64,000 nucleotides of DNA, from the IMG/VR virus record IMGVR_UViG_3300036797_000015, positions 1 through 64,000 of that record; one strand, 5' to 3'. Positions 25,981 through 34,834 of the stretch are shown here, piece after piece. The stretch is from a virus (lineage: Duplodnaviria > Caudoviricetes). The notes below the pieces were generated by a model, which was given only the letters and a program-made list of their open reading frames with translations, was not told the origin of the DNA and made no database searches. The position numbers and the translations under genes were made by a program. The stretch's first letter is position 1; each line of letters begins with the position of its first letter.

Positions 25981-26227
25981 CTGGGAGAAGCGCATGGAGC
26001 TTGCCCTCAAGGGCGGCCCATACCTTGGGCATCCTATGCTGCCAATCCCATTGCGGGGTGAAGAGGCACGCACCGAGCGTGTGAGTAGTTATGTTGAGCT
26101 TGACTTCCTCAAATTCATGGAGGAATACAAAGCCCGTGGCGGGTTTAGGTCAGTCAGCGAAGTGCTGCGACGGCTCGCAATTCTAGGAGCAATGACCGAG
26201 GGATACGAGCTACAGGAGGCATCGTGA
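25961..26227 (+). CDS. Ribbon-helix-helix-like DNA-binding protein
   Basis: RVSSYVE...FMEEYKARGGFRSVSEVLRRL. Confidence 0.65.
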   Translation: MAKYGTDWEKRMELALKGGPYLGHPMLPIPLRGEEARTERVSSYVELDFLKFMEEYKARGGFRSVSEVLRRLAILGAMTEGYELQEAS

Positions 26228-26487
26228 AGGATCTGGTGATTATGCTTGAGAGTCGCGTAAAGGAAATAGATGATTGGCAACGCGAATCTGACCAAGAGCG
26301 TGAGAAATTGATGAGTAGGCTGAATGACCTGGATGCCAGGTCACAAGAGGCAGCCCACGATAAGCGTCGCATAAAGGCTGCGATCAAAGCACTTGAAAAA
26401 GATACTGATGCAGAGAATAAGTTGGCTGAAGTATGTGGCGAGCTAGCTGCCCCATCCCCACCATATTGGCCAGGAAATGACCGATGA
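26224..26487 (+). CDS. Coiled-coil hypothetical protein
   Basis: GGAGG SD, heptad pattern. Confidence 0.7.
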   Translation: MKDLVIMLESRVKEIDDWQRESDQEREKLMSRLNDLDARSQEAAHDKRRIKAAIKALEKDTDAENKLAEVCGELAAPSPPYWPGNDR

Positions 26488-26816
26488 GAAAAGCACTGAT
26501 GACTTCAACGCTGTACGAGAGACAGCCGAGATTGCCGAAGCGTTCGACATATACTCGGGTCATGTGTGTGATGGTTGCCCTGGGTGGAAGCCTAGCTGCT
26601 GCGTGTTTGAGTATGACCCAAGCGAAAGCCTCGAATAACTATTGCACCTTAGATAACCCAAGTGCCCCGTACAATTCTATCTGTACTGGCAATGGTACGT
26701 GGTGTAACTTAGGCATGCAGTACGTCTGCTCGCCCATACCGGGTATGCCAGGAACCTGGAACCCAAGAGGCTATACCCCGAGTGGTACCGATGCGACATA
26801 CCCACTACTACCCTAG
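26484..26816 (+). CDS. Secreted/membrane Cys-containing protein
   Basis: Signal-like hydrophobic segment with AQA site; Cys-rich mature part. Confidence 0.6.
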   Translation: MRKALMTSTLYERQPRLPKRSTYTRVMCVMVALGGSLAAACLSMTQAKASNNYCTLDNPSAPYNSICTGNGTWCNLGMQYVCSPIPGMPGTWNPRGYTPSGTDATYPLLP

Positions 26817-27138
26817 CGGCCCACCTTGGTGGGCGACGGTAGCCGTTCTTGGCCTAGTTGCTATGGCCTGGAAGTGGCTGCTAATACTCGTGTTTGTTCT
26901 GTGCTTCTTGTATGCTCTTGGTAAACTGAATATGGCATACGAGGAACGCAAGCAAGCAAAGGCGTTTGAGTTAGAGAACTACAGACTCCACGCCGACCAC
27001 GAAAATGAAATGTACCAGCGCTATGGCGACATCTATGGTGATTTTCCACCTGCTAGTCAGGTTTACCCGCCAGCTGGTCCGACCGGGACTGTGCCACTAC
27101 CTAGGCCAGTCAACCCTGATATATATGGAGGTTGGTAA
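26791..27138 (+). CDS. Membrane protein
   Basis: Long hydrophobic segment WWATVAVLGLVAMAWKWLLILVFVLCFLY; start uncertain. Confidence 0.65.
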   Translation: MRHTHYYPSGPPWWATVAVLGLVAMAWKWLLILVFVLCFLYALGKLNMAYEERKQAKAFELENYRLHADHENEMYQRYGDIYGDFPPASQVYPPAGPTGTVPLPRPVNPDIYGGW

Positions 27139-27545
27139 TGTCACATAGCATTGAGACGTATGAGCGCGAGGATGGTAAGCGCGGCTGGAGGATTGTGAGT
27201 GGCGGTGATGTCGTCGCTAACGATGCTGGCCAGGGCTACAATAACGAGCAGGACAGCTTGGATGCTCTGTTCGGTATGTTCTTTGGCGCATACGATGACA
27301 GCTTTCTGGAACTGTACCAGAAGTGGCAGAGCTACGCTGGTGAGAAGCCACCAGGTTCAGAGACAGGCCCGAACGTCTGGATCCAGGATGGCTCAGCGAA
27401 GCCACCTGAGGCACGCGATGCGGATGCGCCTAACTACGAGTCTGAGACAACCGATATGGCAGAACGTACAAGCGCTGAGCGTGATGCTGAATTTGAGGCG
27501 GGGGCAGCCTTGGGTGCAAAGGTGGAGAACCAGAATGAGCAATAA
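27138..27545 (+). CDS. DUF1508/YegP-like domain protein
   Basis: ETYEREDGKRGWRIVSGGDVVANDAGQGYNNEQD. Confidence 0.7.
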   Translation: MSHSIETYEREDGKRGWRIVSGGDVVANDAGQGYNNEQDSLDALFGMFFGAYDDSFLELYQKWQSYAGEKPPGSETGPNVWIQDGSAKPPEARDADAPNYESETTDMAERTSAERDAEFEAGAALGAKVENQNEQ

Positions 27546-27753
27546 GGCAGAGGCGAGTGCATCAGCTTCAGGCGGAATTGGTGTCGTGGGCCTTCTTGGT
27601 GTGGCTTTTGTGGTCCTTAAGCTAGCGCACATAATCGATTGGTCTTGGGTGTGGGTGTTGGCCCCATTCTGGATTGGTGCGGTAGCCGGATTCTTTGTGC
27701 TGCTCATGGTCGTTGTGTTTATTTTGGTGAAAGCTTTTAAGGAAGTGAAGTGA
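27535..27753 (+). CDS. Small two-TM membrane protein
   Basis: GIGVVGLLGVAFVVLKLAHIIDWSWVWVLAPFW. Confidence 0.8.
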   Translation: MSNKAEASASASGGIGVVGLLGVAFVVLKLAHIIDWSWVWVLAPFWIGAVAGFFVLLMVVVFILVKAFKEVK

Positions 27754-27965
27754 AGAACTTTGACCAGATCAGAACCCGTGAAGCAATTAACATTGCTGTA
27801 ACCGTAGACATTCCGGGGACAACCTTCACCAGGAGTATATCTGTTGCTCCTGACGTTGGTGAACTTGTATCTGATGTATTGAAGATAGCCCTGACAGAGT
27901 TGTGCGGGCAAGCAGTCGGTATCGTGCGAGCGGTAAGTGATGAGGTGAGAAATGCCAATGACTGA
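27750..27965 (+). CDS. Hypothetical protein
   Basis: GTGA overlap. Confidence 0.6.
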   Translation: MKNFDQIRTREAINIAVTVDIPGTTFTRSISVAPDVGELVSDVLKIALTELCGQAVGIVRAVSDEVRNAND

Positions 27966-28179
27966 TGAGGAGTTTGCTAGGGAACGCAGCAAGCGTAGGC
28001 ATCCTGCCTATCTTGTGCCCAAGCAGCAGGAACTCAGAGAGAAGGGTTTGTGTGCCAGCCACGACGGCAATGGTAACCTGTGTACCAGACGCGCTAACCA
28101 CCCCAAGGAAGTGATGCACGCTGAGCAGGTTATCGGCGGCGTGGATGATGGCCTGACTACAGCAGAGTGGCCATGGTAG
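27952..28179 (+). CDS. Small Cys/His protein
   Basis: GAGG SD; LCASHD...LCTR..NH..H. Confidence 0.7.
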   Translation: MPMTDEEFARERSKRRHPAYLVPKQQELREKGLCASHDGNGNLCTRRANHPKEVMHAEQVIGGVDDGLTTAEWPW

Positions 28180-28493
28180 ATGACAACCCAGGCTATGATC
28201 CTATGGAGATTGTAGAGGCCGAACTTGACTGGGAAGTTGGCGACGACGGTAGCCTTATCGAGCTTAGCAGTGGGCTTAGGCATTACTACATATCTGAACA
28301 TACTCGACCCATACTCGACGTCTGCTCAGTGGACGGAAGTGGGTTGGCTAGCCGCGAGTGCCGGGACTTACGCCACGCTTTCGATATTGCGGAAGCCTTT
28401 GAGCGCGAAGCTAAAAGAAATATCAGACGAGGTTGTACCTGGCACGGTAAGCAAATCGACGCCCAAGGACTCGCAGTTTCAGGCTTACATTAA
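28173..28493 (+). CDS. Hypothetical protein overlapping the next gene in another frame
   Basis: ATG overlaps the upstream stop; RNY-rich codons. Confidence 0.45.
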   Translation: MVDDNPGYDPMEIVEAELDWEVGDDGSLIELSSGLRHYYISEHTRPILDVCSVDGSGLASRECRDLRHAFDIAEAFEREAKRNIRRGCTWHGKQIDAQGLAVSGLH

Positions 28494-29052
28494 AAGCCAC
28501 AACGCTTGGGCCAAGGAAGTTAATGGGTACATGGTGCCAGATAACGAGTCAAAGGCGTATTGCTTAGGTTGTGACAGAGTCGTCAACGAGATATTGATGG
28601 CTTGGTGCGACTGGAACAAATCTGGTATTGTAGATGACTATCTGTGCGTCGACTGCCGCAAGGATCCACTAGAGGTTCTGCGGGAAGCTGATGAAGAAGC
28701 CCAGATAAAGCGTCTAGCCGAGCGACGTGCGCAACATATGGAAGCGGTACGTGAAGCCGGGTACGAGAGGGTAGAGAGTAAGCCCGAGCTATGGTCAAAT
28801 GGCGAGGTAACGCGCAGATTCGCAGATCTACAGGTAGGCGTTGAGTACCCGCAAACTACGCCTGCGTATGATGCTTATATAGAGCGCAGGAGGCAACAGC
28901 GAGAATGGCGTCGTGCGCACTCTGATAATGTAGACAAGAGCTACATACTGGTAGATGGCACGCGTATGGTGAAAGTGCTAGAGCAAGATGGCAAGGTAAG
29001 ATATGTTAGACCGGCAGTAGACGATATGGAACCACCGGAGGTATATACATAA
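28225..29052 (+). CDS. Membrane protein with zinc finger
   Basis: GAGG SD before TTG; two hydrophobic segments; CLGC...CVDC; coupled to next gene. Confidence 0.7.
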   Translation: MTGKLATTVALSSLAVGLGITTYLNILDPYSTSAQWTEVGWLAASAGTYATLSILRKPLSAKLKEISDEVVPGTVSKSTPKDSQFQAYIKSHNAWAKEVNGYMVPDNESKAYCLGCDRVVNEILMAWCDWNKSGIVDDYLCVDCRKDPLEVLREADEEAQIKRLAERRAQHMEAVREAGYERVESKPELWSNGEVTRRFADLQVGVEYPQTTPAYDAYIERRRQQREWRRAHSDNVDKSYILVDGTRMVKVLEQDGKVRYVRPAVDDMEPPEVYT

Positions 29053-29387
29053 TGACTGACGCTTGGGCAAACTTTGGTAAGCACAAACACCGGCCCACTG
29101 TTGAGGATGGTAGGCGAGTCTGTATGGACTGCCACCAAGTACTCATTGACCCGATACTGACTGCGGACGACCCACGCATTCCAGAGGTCAAGCCGCTACC
29201 ATGGCAGGAAGATGGGTTTAACCCGCCACTGCCGTATGTGTTGGTAGAAATGTATGAGCGCAACCTAATGCCAGCAGCGCCATACATTGAAGTTGTATCT
29301 GCTTGCGAGCACCCCAGTAACATCAACGAATGGCTATGGGTATTCTATGACCTTGGCCAAGGCAAGAAGGTGGGCGCTGATGACTGA
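29052..29387 (+). CDS. Hypothetical protein
   Basis: TAATG coupling; CMDC. Confidence 0.7.
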   Translation: MTDAWANFGKHKHRPTVEDGRRVCMDCHQVLIDPILTADDPRIPEVKPLPWQEDGFNPPLPYVLVEMYERNLMPAAPYIEVVSACEHPSNINEWLWVFYDLGQGKKVGADD

Positions 29388-30069
29388 TGAACGCCTGGGC
29401 ATGTTCGATGGCTTTAAGCCTGTAGGCAAGATATCTGATAGCAAGGAAACACTACAAGAGTTTGTGGCTGACCTACAAGCAAAGTACCCAGACATACAGT
29501 ACAAGATAACGCCACAACAAGAGGAATTGGTTAAGCGGTTCCAGGAACTCAAAGAGACCAGTGGCGGTGGGATAACATACCCAAGTCTGGGCATACAGCA
29601 GCGCAAGATCACCGTTGATATGCCAAACATTAGTGAGGAACTGGCCGAGATAATCTTTGGCAGCAAAGTCATTGACCCAGAACCTGAGATGGTACACATA
29701 TACATGAGACCAGGTATCGAAACTGTACGCAGTTGCTTCATTGGCGGCCCAAATGATGGTAAGCTAATCGTGGTGCCGCGTGGGCAATTTACTATTGAGT
29801 ATAATGTACCAGAACCAGCAGACATAGACTTTAACGTGCCTCGTGGTGATGAAAAACTACAGCCTGTATTTGACAAGATACGTGTTAGCAGGCACACTTA
29901 CCATGCTACGTCGCTGTGTTTGGGTAGCACCGCAGAAGAGTTTATTGTATTTGTACACGAGAGCATCAGGGAACTGGGTGAGGGGCTAGCAGAACGGGCT
30001 ATAAAGATCTTGACTTGGCACGAACGCCACAAGTCCAAGGAGGAAGAACTTGAAGACTGGGATTGGTAA
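29380..30069 (+). CDS. Hypothetical protein
   Basis: ATG overlapping the upstream stop. Confidence 0.75.
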   Translation: MTDERLGMFDGFKPVGKISDSKETLQEFVADLQAKYPDIQYKITPQQEELVKRFQELKETSGGGITYPSLGIQQRKITVDMPNISEELAEIIFGSKVIDPEPEMVHIYMRPGIETVRSCFIGGPNDGKLIVVPRGQFTIEYNVPEPADIDFNVPRGDEKLQPVFDKIRVSRHTYHATSLCLGSTAEEFIVFVHESIRELGEGLAERAIKILTWHERHKSKEEELEDWDW

Positions 30070-30304
30070 ACTTCGTGAATGGTTTAACACGCTATGTGCT
30101 TGGGGCAAACCCACGCCCATTGAGTGGCTAAACTTTGTAGCAAGTAGCAAGATACTATTTCATGGGTATCGCGTGGATGTGTATGGGCCTGACATGATAT
30201 ATGTGAAAGTGCCTGATATGCAAGAGCTTATTGAGAGCCTTGAGCACGCAGCAGAAGCATTCGGTGTAATGGTAAAACAACAGATTGAGGAGTGGGATTA
30301 CTGA
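30050..30304 (+). CDS. Hypothetical protein
   Basis: GGAGG SD before TTG. Confidence 0.6.
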   Translation: MKTGIGKLREWFNTLCAWGKPTPIEWLNFVASSKILFHGYRVDVYGPDMIYVKVPDMQELIESLEHAAEAFGVMVKQQIEEWDY

Positions 30305-30708
30305 TGGCTGGTAAAGGCAATGAGGTTTGGCTTGTGTTCCTGGAGCCAGGCGAGGTGGAGGGCCAGAAGGCATACCGAACCACCGCGGCCGCATTTGACC
30401 CAGAGACAAACCAGATAAGACCTTGCCAGCAATCTGAGGTATCTGAGGATCTGGGCGTACACATTGATAATGTCTCGACTGACATCAATGAAATGGCCCG
30501 AACCATTATGCGCGATGTGGGCTTGAAGTTTAAGGCAGGCGAACCCAAAGTGGGGATCTTTGTGGATTTGCTTTTAGGCGTAGGCAATCTGCCAGCGGCG
30601 GTAACCCTGAATATGCTAGCGGTACTGTTATTCGAGGCTACCAGGGAAGCTATGGAAGATGATGGATTCCTTGCCAGCTTGGGAGAGATTGACCCAAATA
30701 TGAACTAG
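30304..30708 (+). CDS. Hypothetical protein
   Basis: TGATG coupling. Confidence 0.7.
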   Translation: MAGKGNEVWLVFLEPGEVEGQKAYRTTAAAFDPETNQIRPCQQSEVSEDLGVHIDNVSTDINEMARTIMRDVGLKFKAGEPKVGIFVDLLLGVGNLPAAVTLNMLAVLLFEATREAMEDDGFLASLGEIDPNMN

Positions 30709-30726
30709 CCCTTACCGGCGTATAAT
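30708..30726 (+). promoter_or_regulatory. Putative promoter for primase-helicase
   Basis: GCCCTTACC-GGCG-TATAAT; same spacer motif as the 345-434 promoters. Confidence 0.55.
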
Positions 30727-30764
30727 TATAACTTCCTGTTTACCTTGGCGAGATTGGCGCATCA

Positions 30765-33440
30765 ATGGTAGATGCCTTCAGGCACGCAGCTACAATGTAT
30801 CGTGAAGCTGGTTGGCTGGGAACGCTACCATTACCAGAGGGGCAGAAGGATGCCCCACCGAGAGGTTACACTGGTAATGGCAGGCCATACCCAACTGACC
30901 TAGAAGTACAACGCTGGATTAAATATGGCCACCCAGAGATGGATGAGACTGAGGCCAACATAGCACTGCGCTTGGCAGATGTACCTGGGTATGTACCACC
31001 AGGTTGCCCGCCAGTTGGCTATGAATTGATGGCACTGGACGTAGACGACTATGGGGAGAAACATGGCGCAGATACCTTGCGGAAGCTGGAGCAGCAATAT
31101 GGAGAGCTACCCACTACGCTGCGTAGTTCCAGCAGATGGGCTAGCAGCAGTGTATCTGCACACTATCTGTTTCTGGTGCCCGCTGGGCTACGATTTCTGG
31201 GTAAAGCAGGACCAGGAATTGAGATCATCCAGAAAGGGCACCGCTACATAGTTGCGTGGCCGAGTACCAATCCTGACTTTAATAATGAGGTATATCGGTG
31301 GAGGTACGGTGACCGAGATTATGATGGCATACCGGCCCTGGATGATGTAGCCGTACTACCGGACCCCTGGATCGACTACCTAACGTGTAACCGCCGTGTG
31401 GCGATTGATGTAGCCGTCAGCGATCTTGATGGCGACGAGCTAATGCGTTGGGCAATGCGCACTTTCAATGATAGTAAGGGTGATATGTGCCCTTTTGTTC
31501 AGCGTCGTCTGGCTGACCATATTGGTCGACTGGAGATAGCTGAGCAGGCGCATGACTCAATGATCGACGCGCACTGGAACTTGATCAACCTAGGGCCAGA
31601 GGGGCATAGTGGTTGGTTGACTGCGGTAAATGCTTACAACGAGGCGTGGCGTGAGTTTGCTTCTGCTAAACGTGACGACCCAATGGGCATTAACAGTGAG
31701 ATCAGAAGAAGCATCTTTGGTACTGTTAGCAAACTGAAGCCCAAGTTTGAAGAGCTTGGCGGGTATCTGGTTGAGGATCAATGTGACGCAGCAGATACTG
31801 AGTTGCCTACGGATAATTGGGAATCTGATTGGCTACACATCGATGATCCAGATGGATTGATAGCAGCAGGTGATTATGGTGGGCTCGGTAATGTAGTTGG
31901 CAAGATGTCAAAGGCAGATACGGAGCCAGAGAAGTATGAGCATAACGATTGGGGCAATGGCAAGCATCTAATTGATATCTATGGTGACAATATCAAATAT
32001 GTTACAACACGTAAGTCGTGGGTGCTATGGGATGGTGAGCGTTGGCATCGTGATAATGAAAACAACCACCTGATAGGTCTTGCCTTTGATGTAGTGAAAC
32101 GCAGGCAGATAGCATATGCGAACAATCTGCCAATCAGCGATGATAAAGCTGATATAGCATACAAGCGTATGTGTGCTATATGGGGGAAGAAGTCTGGTAA
32201 TGATACGCAAGTGACAAATGCGTTGAAGATGGCCAGACGTATGTATGTAACAGATAATGAATCCGTAGCATTGAATGGTAACATATTTGACAGTAGACCT
32301 GACTTGCTTGGCTGTGAGAATGGCATACTGGAATTATCAGCAGAGCCAGTGCTCAGGCAGCCACGCAAGGATGATTATGTAACATACAATACCAAGGTGC
32401 CATATTATCCGTGGGACTCTGAGCATACAGATCAGTATGGACTAACTGAAAGCTATAAACTCTGGCAAGAGTATCTCAAGAAGTTCTTGCCCGATGCGAA
32501 TATGCGTAAGTTTGTCCAAAAGGTATTGGGCCATTGTTTGATCGGTGAGAACCCAGAGAAGCTGATCATATTCATATTGGGCGAGCATGATACGGGCAAG
32601 AGCACTTTGCTTGGTGGTATACGTGGAGCGTTGGGTGACTACTATGGCACCATCGACGTACACCTGTTCCGCAATAAGGATTTGAATCCAGGCTTGATTC
32701 GCGCTGTACCACTACGTGTAACTGGTATGTCTGAGATTGATAGCCAACGCCTTGATGGTAGCATAGTCAAACGCTTGACAGGCAATGATACTGTAACTGC
32801 TGAAGCCAAGTATAGTAATGATATCTTTGAGGGCAGACCGCAGTTCACCACTTTGATAGCGTGTAACTCTGAACCTGAGATAGCAGGAGCAGATGAGGCA
32901 TTACGTGAGCGCGTTCTGGTGCTACCATTTGAGACGCAGATACCAAGAGCAGATAAAGATTACAATCGTCAGGCTGCCATCGAACGTGACTCTGGCCCAG
33001 CTGTATTAGCATGGTTGGTTGAGGGTTGGAAAATGTACTGTGCTGAAGGTTTGCGCAGACGAGATTGGCCCGCTAGGGTGCGCAGATTCAGCGGCGAAGC
33101 AGTCAGCAATTTCAATGGCTCTTTGACGTTTATACACGAGCACGTTGAGAAGTACCGTGATTGTAAGGAAGGCGTGGAAGCGCACAAGTTAGCGTTGCGC
33201 CGCGCAGCGGCAGCAGGTAGGCAAGCGCCTAATGCCACTGACTGGCCAGATGATTGGGTGTTACCATCTGGTATGCTGTATGACACTTACAGGCGTTGGG
33301 CAACCAATGCTAATATGCCTGTGGTGAGCTCAATACAGTTCGGGAAAGATCTGGGTGTGGGCAAAGCAGAGAATAGGCACTATGGAGGCAGCAGTCCAAG
33401 GTGCTACAAAGGCGTTAGAAGGCGTGATGCAGACGATTAG
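30765..33440 (+). CDS. Bifunctional primase/polymerase fused to D5-like SF3 helicase
   Basis: Prim-pol motifs LALDVDDY-like MALDVDDY, SAHYLF, IEIIQKGHRYIVAWPS; helicase GEHDTGKST Walker A, GMSEID, ACN, RVLVLPF. Confidence 0.9.
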   Translation: MVDAFRHAATMYREAGWLGTLPLPEGQKDAPPRGYTGNGRPYPTDLEVQRWIKYGHPEMDETEANIALRLADVPGYVPPGCPPVGYELMALDVDDYGEKHGADTLRKLEQQYGELPTTLRSSSRWASSSVSAHYLFLVPAGLRFLGKAGPGIEIIQKGHRYIVAWPSTNPDFNNEVYRWRYGDRDYDGIPALDDVAVLPDPWIDYLTCNRRVAIDVAVSDLDGDELMRWAMRTFNDSKGDMCPFVQRRLADHIGRLEIAEQAHDSMIDAHWNLINLGPEGHSGWLTAVNAYNEAWREFASAKRDDPMGINSEIRRSIFGTVSKLKPKFEELGGYLVEDQCDAADTELPTDNWESDWLHIDDPDGLIAAGDYGGLGNVVGKMSKADTEPEKYEHNDWGNGKHLIDIYGDNIKYVTTRKSWVLWDGERWHRDNENNHLIGLAFDVVKRRQIAYANNLPISDDKADIAYKRMCAIWGKKSGNDTQVTNALKMARRMYVTDNESVALNGNIFDSRPDLLGCENGILELSAEPVLRQPRKDDYVTYNTKVPYYPWDSEHTDQYGLTESYKLWQEYLKKFLPDANMRKFVQKVLGHCLIGENPEKLIIFILGEHDTGKSTLLGGIRGALGDYYGTIDVHLFRNKDLNPGLIRAVPLRVTGMSEIDSQRLDGSIVKRLTGNDTVTAEAKYSNDIFEGRPQFTTLIACNSEPEIAGADEALRERVLVLPFETQIPRADKDYNRQAAIERDSGPAVLAWLVEGWKMYCAEGLRRRDWPARVRRFSGEAVSNFNGSLTFIHEHVEKYRDCKEGVEAHKLALRRAAAAGRQAPNATDWPDDWVLPSGMLYDTYRRWATNANMPVVSSIQFGKDLGVGKAENRHYGGSSPRCYKGVRRRDADD

Positions 33441-33790
33441 CATTACCCATCTATGTATGGACGAGTATGTATTACCCATTGGGGTAAGGCCTGAATTGCC
33501 TGGTAGATGTGGGTTTTGGGGCGAAATATTACCACCTTACCCATTACTTGATAGTCAGGCCCCTATATGTGCTTAGGGAGGATGACTAAATATACGATGG
33601 GCTAAGTTATGTTACGTTACGTATTAATCTGATTGGTAATAGGTAATGGGTAAGGAATATATAGAATGACCAGGGACTACACCATATTACCGTTTTTGAA
33701 TATGAGTAATAGAAAGTGGTTTACCAGGAGTTTCAGCGCATTACTGGTTGGTTACCGCCAAATACCGCAAAGGTATCGGCAAGTAAATGC
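33441..33790. other. AT-rich repeat region, putative replication origin
   Basis: About a dozen TTACC/GGTAA copies in both orientations plus a GTTAC run, directly after the primase-helicase gene. Confidence 0.55.
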
Positions 33791-33857
33791 GTTTTTGGGA
33801 CTCATGTGGGCACGCTTCGCCCCCGCGAGGATTCTGAATCTGGCGTACCATACTCGT

Positions 33858-34211
33858 ATGCCGCGTAATCCGCATACATACTACAGAGACCAATCTGCGT
33901 CTGACAATTGGGAGTCTGAGTTTGGCTTTGGTGTTGGCAGGTTCCCAGACCCCAGCATCGACTTCAGCGCTGGCGGGTCAAAGTCACGCATCCCCATTGC
34001 TGACCCTGATGTACCTGCGCAGCTGCTCAGATTGGCAGCAGGTAGGCGCACGGATCTGAGTGATGCTAATGCTACAGATCCGGCTGACATTTTCGTGGCT
34101 GGCAACCCAGACCGCTATGGTGCTCAACCACCACTCGTCCGCGAGCGCCGCAGGCCTAAGCGACCCAAGCGTGACCCGCAGTATCCAGCGAGGATGGTCA
34201 GGGAGTGGTGA
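33858..34211 (+). CDS. Hypothetical protein, probably leaderless
   Basis: TGGCG-TACCAT -10 box ends 6 nt before the ATG; basic C-terminus. Confidence 0.6.
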   Translation: MPRNPHTYYRDQSASDNWESEFGFGVGRFPDPSIDFSAGGSKSRIPIADPDVPAQLLRLAAGRRTDLSDANATDPADIFVAGNPDRYGAQPPLVRERRRPKRPKRDPQYPARMVREW

Positions 34212-34213
34212 AT

Positions 34214-34381
34214 ATGGCAACCACAAAACTCTGTATCAAGTGTTTCCATAAGCACTTTGGCGAGCATGCCAAACTCAAAGTGCTTACGTGGAGTCGAGCG
34301 TGTTGGGACTGTGGTGTACCAACGCCACGCTTGAGTACATTGATCAAAGCTGACATTATCGCAGATATGGCCAAAGCATAA
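34214..34381 (+). CDS. Small zinc-finger protein (55 aa)
   Basis: GGAG SD; CIKC...CWDC; TAATG coupling. Confidence 0.65.
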   Translation: MATTKLCIKCFHKHFGEHAKLKVLTWSRACWDCGVPTPRLSTLIKADIIADMAKA

Positions 34382-34521
34382 TGGGACAGACCAGAATGGA
34401 CCTCGCGCGTAGAGCGCACGTATGTGAGCTACCACCAGACGCACATAACGGTCTTGCTTGGAAGTGTCCACAAGCGTTCTGTATGCGTACGTGGTATTGG
34501 AATGGGGTACAATGGGTATGA
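34381..34521 (+). CDS. Small Cys/His/Trp protein (46 aa)
   Basis: HVCELP...WKCPQAFCMRTWYW; coupled. Confidence 0.6.
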   Translation: MGQTRMDLARRAHVCELPPDAHNGLAWKCPQAFCMRTWYWNGVQWV

Positions 34522-34709
34522 AGGTTTGGGGATGTATATACTGCTTGAAGGCAGGCACCAAATTCACTGTACCACGTTCGCTCCAAGGATACAATGATCT
34601 GTCACGCCACTACGCGCACGAGCATCCTGGGCGTGTTACTCGTGGCAAGATCACGCTGACGCCCGAAACTGTAGAGCAGGTTACATCGCAGAAGTATGGT
34701 GCTACATGA
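34518..34709 (+). CDS. Small C2H2-like zinc-finger protein
   Basis: CIYC...HYAHEH; ATGA overlap. Confidence 0.65.
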   Translation: MKVWGCIYCLKAGTKFTVPRSLQGYNDLSRHYAHEHPGRVTRGKITLTPETVEQVTSQKYGAT

Positions 34710-34834
34710 TGTGGGCACAGGTATGGGACCATCCTGTAGTCAAGGATATGTGTAGGCCAAGGCGTGCTTATCGTGGCCCACGTAGACCATGGGCATACAA
34801 GACATGGAACAAAGTCAAGTGGGATCTGCCGTGA
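34706..34834 (+). CDS. Small basic Trp-rich peptide (42 aa)
   Basis: ATGA overlap upstream, GTGA overlap with TerS. Confidence 0.5.
   Translation: MMWAQVWDHPVVKDMCRPRRAYRGPRRPWAYKTWNKVKWDLP

Noticed and set aside
33666-33857. 5' extension of the 33858 ORF
   Set aside because: Runs through the TTACC repeat region with no SD; a promoter-like box sits just before 33858
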